Shown piece by piece: positions 1 through 8,300 of a DNA stretch of 20,000 nt. Under the pieces are notes generated by a model. It was not told where the DNA came from, made no database searches, and saw only the letters and a program-made list of their open reading frames with translations. Both the position numbers and the translations under genes were made by a program. Every line of letters starts with the position of its first letter. Positions within the stretch are counted from its first letter, which is position 1. The DNA is from an uncultured virus (IMG/VR IMGVR_UViG_3300008116_000013) (taxonomy: Duplodnaviria > Heunggongvirae > Uroviricota > Caudoviricetes): IMG/VR virus record IMGVR_UViG_3300008116_000013. The stretch is one strand, 5' to 3'.

Positions 1-1600
1 CTTATCCATTGTTGAATGATAATTAAATGCAGATCCCGTAAAATAATAACCACCACCAAAGTATCCTACTGTTGAGTTACCTGTTGCAGCAAGAGCGGCT
101 CGAGCCGCACTTAATGAAGCACCAGGAACTGCTGCAGTAGTATCAGTCGAATAAGTGACCTTATCCATTCTTGATATATTATTAAATCCACCACCAAAAT
201 ACCCTGCCGTTGAGTTTCCTGTTGCGGCAAGTTTACTGCGACTAATACTTAATGCTGCTCCAGGAAGATCAGACATAGTATTTGAATTATAACTTAATTT
301 AGACATTCTAGTGCCAGGACTACCACCACCAAAGTATCCTGCTGTTGAGTTTCCTGTTGCGGAAAGACCATAGTTGATTGAACTAAAAAATGCTGTGGTT
401 GGTGCTACTGCATTTGTATCTGCCGCATAAGTTATTATCTGTACCGATGAAACAAAATTTGATATACTATAATCAAATCCACCTCCAAAGTATCCTGCTG
501 TTGTGTTACCTGTTGCACCTTGTTGAGCTCTTGCAACCGCAAAAAAAGCACTAGGAATTGCTGCAGTTAAATCTGTTGAATAGTTTAATTTATCAACTGT
601 GGCGCTGGAAGCACCACCTGCAAAATATCCTGTTTGTGGAGATAAAGTTCCATCAATAAATTTTGATGATGCAGATGATGGTAAAGTACTTACTACTCCC
701 GGCAGTGCATTTGCTCTTGAACTCAGTGCAGCAAGAGTATTGCGAGGAATACTTAAAGCTGCTGTAGCAACTGCTGAAGTATTTTCTGTTGCAAAAGTCA
801 ACTTATCCATCGTCGAACTTACGCCAGGTGAATTTCCTCCACCAAAGTATCCTGCTGTTGAGTTTCCTGTTGCAGCAAGACTACTACGTACAGTGCTTAA
901 ATTTGCGCTAGTTGGTGCTAAAGCAGTTGTATCTGATGAATATGTAAGTTTATCCATCGTAGATACGTTAGAAGGAGATAATCCACCTCCAAAGTATCCT
1001 GCTGTTGAAGAACCTGTTGCGGCAAGAGAATAGCGAGCAACAGTTAAGTTTGCACCAGGAATGAGACTACATGTGTCATAAACATATGTAACCTTATCCA
1101 TTGTCGATCTTGGAGATCCCTCAAAACCACCACCAAAGTATCCTGCTGTTGTGGATCCTGTCGCACCAAAACCAAAACGAGCAACATTTAATGCGGCACC
1201 AGGAACTGCTGCTGTAGTATCAGTTGAATAAGTCAACTTATCCATTGTTGAATATGTACCAGGAACACCAGGAAATAGACCACCACCAAAGTATCCTGCC
1301 GTTGAGTTTCCTGTTGCAGCGAGAGCACGACGAGCAACACTTAAGAATGCACCAGGAACTACCGCAGTAATATCAGTAGAATAATTAAGTTTATCTACTG
1401 TCGAATAAGCACCAGGAGCAAAACCACCACCAAAGTATCCTGCTGTTGAGTTTCCTGTTGCAGCAAGTTGATAACGAGCAGCACTTAATGCAGCACCAGG
1501 AACTACCGCAGTAATATCAGTAGAATAATTAAGTTTATCTACTGTCGAATAAGCACCAGGAGCAAAACCACGACCAAAGTATCCAGTGTGTATCAGGCAT
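1..1600 (-). pseudogene. Second Kelch-like multi-propeller repeat gene (paralog of 5386-9177), start out of frame; runs off the left window edge
   Basis: Manual translation: the minus frame is stop-free from 1632 to 1. It encodes 11 GYFGGG...DK.TY...AR..LAATGNS blades, with an SRANALP linker after blade 6 (about 720-630). ATG at 1600 (MPDT, overlapping the upstream TGA) is in another frame and stops at 1535 after 21 aa. The first in-frame ATG is at 1245. It could instead be an intact CDS with a sequence or assembly error. Confidence 0.7.
1349..1584. repeat. Near-exact 92-bp direct repeat, 144-bp period (blades 1 and 2 of the left propeller gene)
   Basis: 1349-1440 and 1493-1584 are identical except one base (GGT vs CGT codon; GYFGGG vs GYFGRG). 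The identity includes the normally hypervariable loop FAPGAYSTV. Confidence 0.9.
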
Positions 1601-2099
1601 TTCTTATTATTATCTTCTGATAAAGCATAGAGTTATTTAGTTTACTCTCATAAGAATGCCAACGATTTCCGCGGAACAAAACCATTCGATTATACCTTGC
1701 AGGAATGTTACCGTACTCTTTCCACAAACTCAGATCAGAAGAGAAGACTTGACTCAGTTGACTCTCATCAATCTGATATTGAATCATCTCTTCCTTTGTT
1801 GGAAATGTTTCTAATCCCGTTGCAAGGTGAGAGTAAAACTTGACTCCAAACTCACCAAATGACTCAAGAGGTAGAGTCAAATAAATCAGAGCGATCCAAT
1901 CACACTCAAGGTGTGCAACTACACCAGGAAGACTTCCAGTTTGATTGGATGCTGATATAATTTCAATCGGATTCCCAATGATCTGTGAGATTTTTCCTAC
2001 AGTCTCATCAGTAATCACACACTGGTTTTCAAAAAAACCTTTATGATACTGGTGTGCAATATCATAAAGGTCATCAACGATAATGATCTGTTCGGTCAT
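1593..2099 (-). CDS. DUF6445-like / 2OG-Fe(II) oxygenase-fold protein
   Basis: 168 aa. N-terminal IIIVDDLY, H-L-E followed by WIALIYLT, and YNRMVLFRGNRWHS with a distal His. This is the motif order of the DUF6445-type oxygenases common in cyanophages. 4-nt overlap with the upstream gene. Confidence 0.65.
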   Translation of the reverse strand: MTEQIIIVDDLYDIAHQYHKGFFENQCVITDETVGKISQIIGNPIEIISASNQTGSLPGVVAHLECDWIALIYLTLPLESFGEFGVKFYSHLATGLETFPTKEEMIQYQIDESQLSQVFSSDLSLWKEYGNIPARYNRMVLFRGNRWHSYESKLNNSMLYQKIIIRNA

Positions 2100-2971
2100 T
2101 CTTCGGTATAGGTTCCAGAAATCTTTTTCTGTTCTTCTGCAGGTTTGATTGCGGCACCATAACCAAGATCAGCACCAGTGATCTTCTCATAACCTCTCAT
2201 CACTTTACCCTGAAGATCATTGATAAACTCCATTCTTCCCTGATGATCAAGAAGTTTATTCATTGGCAGATAACCTTCCTTGAAATTGTTTCTTGGATCA
2301 ACCATTGCAGGAGCAGATGCACGACGCATTGCCTGTAGGTTTGCACCAGAGATACCAGTCTGTGCTGCCATCAGATCGTCCAGTGCCTGTTCTGCAAGAC
2401 GAGTATCCCAATACTCTTGGTTCTCTTCCAGGAACTGCTCTCTGGTAGGAGGAGTACCACCGTTCTGTTCGACCAGTTTTGCAAGCATCTTATCCAGGTG
2501 CTGCATCTGGTGTAGACGATCACGAATTTCCATCTCACTACCTTTCAGATAATGAGTTAGTTCAAGTTCTTCAAGATCATACCAGCAGAGTTTCTTACCA
2601 CCACCAGGACCACCAGTTTCCCACATGATGGGTTGAGTCTTATCCTTATCGTTCCACTTGTACTCAAACTCACGAACTCTCTCTTTCATTTCGATGAGTT
2701 TGAACATGTATCCCGATGCCATGATACGACGTTCTTTTAGAATGTGCTCGAAAGATACAGAGATATTATGAGTATTCAGACCAATGAACTTTTCAATTTG
2801 GAAGTTGGTTCTTCCCTGTGCCATTTCCTTATCACTTTCTTCCCAGGCAAAAACATTCTGAGATGCCTGTGCCAGGTAATCATCATTCAGAACTGCTTCT
2901 TGTGCGTTGATTGGTGTATAAGTCAATGCAAAATTTTCTTTAGTCATAACTTCTGTCAAATGTATAGACAT
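2096..2971 (-). CDS. Hypothetical, charged and probably alpha-helical phage protein (start could be the MTKENF ATG at 2947)
   Basis: 291-aa ORF rich in E/K/Q/M/L, in operon order, ATGA-type overlap with the next gene. No catalytic motif recognised. Confidence 0.8.
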   Translation of the reverse strand: MSIHLTEVMTKENFALTYTPINAQEAVLNDDYLAQASQNVFAWEESDKEMAQGRTNFQIEKFIGLNTHNISVSFEHILKERRIMASGYMFKLIEMKERVREFEYKWNDKDKTQPIMWETGGPGGGKKLCWYDLEELELTHYLKGSEMEIRDRLHQMQHLDKMLAKLVEQNGGTPPTREQFLEENQEYWDTRLAEQALDDLMAAQTGISGANLQAMRRASAPAMVDPRNNFKEGYLPMNKLLDHQGRMEFINDLQGKVMRGYEKITGADLGYGAAIKPAEEQKKISGTYTEE

Positions 2972-2979
2972 TTTATCAT

Positions 2980-3008
2980 ATTATATAGGGTAATTTCAAG
3001 AGACGCAA
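2980..3008 (-). promoter_or_regulatory. Possible sigma70-type promoter
   Basis: TTGCGT (3008-3003), 17-bp spacer, perfect TATAAT (2985-2980), upstream of the 291-aa gene. The region is AT-rich, so a chance match is possible. Confidence 0.35.
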
Positions 3009-4699
3009 CTTTGAGCAAGAACTTGATTAGCAATTTCTTTTCCCCACTTCTGTTCAAAATAATTTCGATAATTTTTTTCTCGCTCTAAGGTTACTTCTTT
3101 TGATTCAGATCCTCTCCAAGTTGATTTACCACAAAAATGAAGTAGATAAGATTCGCAGTTAATATCAACATCAAATCCAAGTTGTTGTGCTCTTAATCGA
3201 TAGTCCGTATCTTCAGCACCGTTCTTAAAGTTTTCATCTAGAAATCCAACTTTTAATAGAACTTCACAAGGAATATAAAAACAATAAAATCCAATAATTG
3301 TTTTATTAAGATTTAATGTTTTTGAATCGATCAACTTAGAAAATGTATTTAACTCCTGTTCTTTATTATCATAATCTTCAATATCCATCACTGATTTAAT
3401 TTTCAAACTCCCATATTCTCCAGGTAATTTTTGGTTACACAATGGAACTAAAATTTTGTTTCTAGCAGTGAAGTTTTGATTCCAGTCTTCAGTAAAAACT
3501 ATATCATTACTTAAACCAAAAAAGTCAACTCGATCAACAGCAGCAAGTTTCATGATAAAGTTCATATTCTCCGCAAAAGTTTTTGGAGTATTATTTGAAA
3601 TTACAGTGATTTTATTTTGATAATTTGAAAGTTGATATTGATTGTCATTATCAATTAAGAAAAATTTATCATGTTCATTTAAATCAGTATTTTTGAAGAA
3701 AGAATCAATTGCCAAGTTAGTGTATTGCTCTGTATCATGAGTGCTTACCATACAATAATACACTGGTCTTTTCTCTACACTTTTATTTTGTATCGTATCA
3801 ATCAGATTTTTCCATTGCTCTGCAATCTTTTTCCAGTCATATTTTTCGGTCACATAATCCGAAATGATCTTAGAAACTTCTTGATAGAACTTCGGTTCCT
3901 TTTCATAATAATCCAATGCCAGGCAACAGGCATTAGCAAAGTTAACCAGGAAATTCTCAGTGACCTTCCAACCTTTGGATGTATTCTCACCTTCAATTGG
4001 AACCACAGTTGCATTCTTCTCTCCAGCAACCTCTGCGAGTGCTCCAATATTTGTGATGATTGGATAAGCACCACAACGCATTGCCTCACACATTGATTGG
4101 CAAAATGTTTCTTCCCAAATATTCGGATGAATAAAAAATGCAGACTCTTGATAATGTTTTACTAATTCTTCCTGAGTAACTGCGCGGGAGTATTCTACAT
4201 TTGGTAATGTTTTAATATGTTCATAAAGTTCAATAAAAGGATCATTTGAAATTCCATACAAAGACATCGAAGAAAAAATCTTAAACTTTGTATCTGGATG
4301 AAATTGTTGGATCAATGGGATCACTTTTGATAATACTTCAAGACCCTTATAAGGAATTGAAGTAAAGATCATTGTTTTTGTTTTTTGAATTGAATGTGAA
4401 AAAATATCATAGATTCCAACTGGAATTACTGTAATTTTGTGTTCAGGAACATTTAAGTATTTTACAAACTGATCCTTATTCCATTGAGAAGGAGATACAA
4501 TATGATCTACAATTGTATGATCAAAATTTAAAAATATTGGTTGATCATAAGCATGATGTGCCCAAAGAATTTTATATTGATGATTCGATTTTTTAATTTC
4601 TTCTGGTAAGTGTGATACAAAAACATTTTCAGGTAACTGATAATGTTCTGCCAATCGAATATAACATTTTTCAGTTCCACCTGTAATTTGAGTTGCCAT
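2996..4699 (-). CDS. Bifunctional glycosyltransferase: N-terminal GT-B (GT4-like) fused to C-terminal GT-A (GT2-like)
   Basis: 567 aa. GGTE, PYKGL and EETFCQSMCEAM (E-x7-E) with GAYPII..GAL mark the GT4 domain. LIDND, SNDIVF, VGFLDENF and GAEDTDYRLRA mark the GT2 domain. Confidence 0.9.
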   Translation of the reverse strand: MATQITGGTEKCYIRLAEHYQLPENVFVSHLPEEIKKSNHQYKILWAHHAYDQPIFLNFDHTIVDHIVSPSQWNKDQFVKYLNVPEHKITVIPVGIYDIFSHSIQKTKTMIFTSIPYKGLEVLSKVIPLIQQFHPDTKFKIFSSMSLYGISNDPFIELYEHIKTLPNVEYSRAVTQEELVKHYQESAFFIHPNIWEETFCQSMCEAMRCGAYPIITNIGALAEVAGEKNATVVPIEGENTSKGWKVTENFLVNFANACCLALDYYEKEPKFYQEVSKIISDYVTEKYDWKKIAEQWKNLIDTIQNKSVEKRPVYYCMVSTHDTEQYTNLAIDSFFKNTDLNEHDKFFLIDNDNQYQLSNYQNKITVISNNTPKTFAENMNFIMKLAAVDRVDFFGLSNDIVFTEDWNQNFTARNKILVPLCNQKLPGEYGSLKIKSVMDIEDYDNKEQELNTFSKLIDSKTLNLNKTIIGFYCFYIPCEVLLKVGFLDENFKNGAEDTDYRLRAQQLGFDVDINCESYLLHFCGKSTWRGSESKEVTLEREKNYRNYFEQKWGKEIANQVLAQSCVS

Positions 4700-4703
4700 A
4701 ATA

Positions 4704-5357
4704 CTATCCTTGATAAATGTGATAACCAGTATGATTCAGTTTGATTGTTGTGTCTAACCAGATACTATAACCGACTGATTGTGCTCTGTGGAAAAAACTC
4801 TTATCCTCTGACATAAATCCATTCTGACTCTGATGCTCCGCAAAGTAATGATAAGAATTATTCATCTCTGCTGGAGTATGTGGAGTATCAGAATGATAGT
4901 CTGATGGAATGTATTTAAGATTTGGATATTGTTTTGCGATGTCTAGAAACACCTGTCGATGAATCAGAACAAATCCCATTCCATTTCCATTGATCTTGAC
5001 TAGATCTCCGTGTCGTTCTTCTGGTTGAACGATATCTACACAGTATCGTTCTGGGATGATCTTCATTGGATAGGCACCAGAAACAATTGGAACTTGATGT
5101 GCCATTAATTTTAGCACATCTTCTGGATTAAATCCAATGTCACTATCCAGGAAAAAGAGATACTCGTGTTCTGTATTGTTAATGAAAAAGTTGGCAACCT
5201 TAGATCTTGCCTGAGTAATCAGAGAAGAGTTTGTCAGGGTCAGGAGTCCGTGATGAACATTGTTACGGACTAGTGCTTTCCCTAGATTGAAAAGTCCAAG
5301 AGTTGTTTTTTCACTCACAATTCCTCCCATGCAGGGAAGACCAATCATTAAAGTCAT
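4704..5357 (-). CDS. GT-A fold (GT2-like) glycosyltransferase
   Basis: 217 aa. MIGLP, ITQARS, FFLDSDI (DxD), VSGAYP, GMGFVLIHR and SEDKSFF motifs, typical of small phage GT-A proteins. Confidence 0.85.
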   Translation of the reverse strand: MTLMIGLPCMGGIVSEKTTLGLFNLGKALVRNNVHHGLLTLTNSSLITQARSKVANFFINNTEHEYLFFLDSDIGFNPEDVLKLMAHQVPIVSGAYPMKIIPERYCVDIVQPEERHGDLVKINGNGMGFVLIHRQVFLDIAKQYPNLKYIPSDYHSDTPHTPAEMNNSYHYFAEHQSQNGFMSEDKSFFHRAQSVGYSIWLDTTIKLNHTGYHIYQG

Positions 5358-5372
5358 ATAGTCTTTTTGATT

Positions 5373-5381
5373 ATTATACCA
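5373..5381 (-). promoter_or_regulatory. Extended -10 element (TGGTATAAT) upstream of the glycosyltransferase cassette
   Basis: Perfect TGnTATAAT in the 28-bp intergenic gap, 15 nt before the ATG at 5357. A second TATAAT lies at 5390-5385. No clear -35. Confidence 0.45.
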
Positions 5382-5385
5382 CTAA

Positions 5386-8300
5386 TTATACAACAAATGG
5401 TCCAGGTGCTGTTTCTGGAAGTGCATTTGCTCTGGCACTTGATGCTGCAAGACCATTACGAGCAACACTTAATGCTGCACCAGGAACTGCTGCTGTGGTA
5501 TCTGATGCATAAGTAACCTTATCCATTGTTGATCTTATGCTACCACTAAAACCACCACCAAAGTATCCTGCTGTTGAGTTACCTGTTGCGGCAAAAGCAA
5601 AACGTGCAACACTTAATGCGGCACCTGGAACTGCGGCGGTGGTGTCTGATGCATAAGTGACCTTATCCATTATTGATGATGTAGGTGAACCACCACCAAA
5701 GTATCCTGCGGTTGAGTTTCCTGTTGCAGCAAGAAGATAACGAGCAACAGTTAAGTTTGCACCAGGAACTGCTGCTGTGGTGTCTGATGCATAAGTAACC
5801 TTATCCATTGTTGATACTAAACTAGGGGAAGCACCACCACCAAAGTATCCTGCTGTTGAGTTTCCTGTTGCAGCAACACCATGTCGTGCTGCACTTAATG
5901 CGGCACCAGGGACTGCTGCTGTGGTATCTGATGAATAAGTGACCTTATCCATTGTTGAATAAAAACTAGGAGGTACAGTGCCACCACCAAAGTATCCTGC
6001 TGTTGAGGATCCTGTTGCAGCAAGACCATTACGAGCAACACTTAATCTGGCACCAGGGACTGCTGCTGTGGTATCTGATGAATAAGTGACCTTATCCATT
6101 GTTGATACTGGACCAGGTTCGCCACCACCAAAGTATCCTGCTGTTGAGTTTCCTGTTGCAGCAACATATCTACGAGCAACACTTAATGCGGCACCAGGAA
6201 CTGCTGCTGTTGTATCTGATGCATAGGTCACCTTATCCATTGTCGATGCCACAGGACTACCACCACCAAAGTAACCAGTGTTCGGAGTAGGTGCGAATGA
6301 TGGAGTCTCAAAGGTTTGTGGTAATGCATTTGCTCTTGCGCTTGATGCAGAAAGAGTATTACGAGCAACACTTAATGCAGCACCAGGGACTGCAGCAGTA
6401 GTATCAGATGCATAAGTGACCTTATCCATTGTTGATCTTGGACCAGGATTACCACCACCAAAGTATCCTGCACTTGAGTTCCCGGTTGCAGCAAGAAAAT
6501 ATCGAACAGCACTTAATACAGCACCAGGAACTGTTGATCTTGTATCAGTAGAATAAGTGACCTTATTCATTGTTGATAATGGACCAGGAGCACCACCACC
6601 AAAATATCCATCAGTTGCATTTCCAGTAGATCCAGTTCCACCAATAGTAGTGCTAAATGATGCACTAGGAATAGCACTATTAGTATCCGTTGAATATGTC
6701 AACTTATTCATTGTTGATAAAGTACCACCAGGAGAAGTACCACCACCAAAGTATCCTGCATCTGAATTTCCTGTTGCAGAAAATTCACCACGAGCAGGAT
6801 TAAATGCGGCACCAGGAACTGCTGCTGTGGTATCAGTCGAATAAGTAACCTTATCCATTATTGAATAATTATTTGGTGAGACACGACCACCACCATAATA
6901 TCCTGCTATTGAGTTACCTGTTGCTGCTAAATAAGCACGAGCAACACTTAATGCGGCACCAGGAACTGCTGCTGTTGTGTCTGATGAATAAGTGACCTTA
7001 TCCATTGTTGAATATATTGCAGGAAAAGCAAGTCCACCACCAAAGTATCCAGCGGTTGAGTTTCCTGTTGCAGCAACACCATAACGAGCAGCACTTAATG
7101 ATGCACCAGGAACTTGTGCTGTTGTATCTGATGAATAAGTGACCTTATCCATTGTTGATACTGGACCAGGAGAACCACCACCAAAGTATCCAGTGTTTGG
7201 TGATGATGCGAATACAGTTGCTGGTGTGGGTGTTGCTGCTGGTGGTTGAGGTAGTGCGTTTGCTCTGGCGCTTGATGCGGCAAGACCATAACGAGCAACA
7301 CTTAATGATGCACCAGGAACTGCTGCTGTGATGTCTGATGCATAAGTGACCTTATCCATTGTTGATAATGGACCAGGAGCACCACCACCAAAGTATCCTG
7401 CTGTTGAGGATCCTGTTGCAGCAAGAGTATCTCTAGCAACACTTAATGCAGCACCAGGAACTGCTGCTGTGGTGTCTGATGAATAAGTGACCTTATCCAT
7501 TGTTGAGTATAATACTGGTCCAGGAGTATTGCCACCACCAAAGTATCCGGCAGTTGAGGATCCTGTTGCAGCAAGAGCATAACGTGCTGCACTTAATGCG
7601 GCACCAGGAACTGCTGCTGTGGTGTCTGATGCATAAGTGACCTTATCCATTGTTGATCTGGGACCACTACCACCACCAAAGTATCCTGCTGTTGAGTTTC
7701 CTGTTGCAGAAAGTCCATATCGTGCCGCACTTAATGCGGCACCAGGAACTGCTGCTGTGGTATCAGATGAATAAGTGACCTTATCCATTGTTGATCTTGA
7801 ACCACCACCACCACCACCACCAAAGTATCCTGATGTTGAGTTACCTGTTGCAGCAAGACCACTACGAGCAACACTTAATGCTGCTCCAGGAACTGCTGCT
7901 GTGGTGTCTGTTGAATAAGTGACCTTATCCATTGTTGATCTTATAGGAAACCCACCACCACCAAAGTACCCTGCGGTTGAAGATCCTGTTGCGGCAAGAA
8001 GATAACGAGCAATACTTAATGCTGCTCCAGGAACTGCTGCAGTGGTGTCTGATGAATAAGTAACCTTATCCATTGTTGATCTTGCAGGAAACCCACCACC
8101 ACCAAAGTATCCAGTGTTTGGTGATGGAGTTGCATCAGAAAATCTTAGTGAAGGTCCTGACTGGAGAGGTAATTCTGGAAGTGAATTTGCTCTGGCACTT
8201 GATGCAGCAAGTCCATAACGAGCAGCACTTAATGCGGCACCAGAAACTGCAGCGGTAGTTTCTGATGAATAAATTAATTTATCCATTGTTGATCTTGGAG

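Noticed and set aside
95..108. Perfect 14-bp palindrome gcggctcgagccgc
   Set aside because: Lies within AARAA codons of a blade, has no loop or U-tract and occurs once; probably coincidental.
599..1033. Plus-strand ORFs (599-1033, 2280-2552, 2744-3088, 3725-4096, 6557-6844, 9005-9187 and others) and short nested minus-strand ORFs
   Set aside because: Antisense or alternate-frame shadows of well-supported minus-strand genes, expected from biased codon use in repeats.
1593..1632. Programmed frameshift fusing the oxygenase-like ORF to the propeller frame
   Set aside because: The frames overlap by about 40 nt, but I saw no slippery heptamer or stimulatory structure. The MPDT start matching the paralog's MADT is a simpler explanation.
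2931..2959. Perfect TTGACA (2959-2954, minus strand)
   Set aside because: No acceptable -10 at 16-18 bp spacing, and it lies at or inside the gene start.
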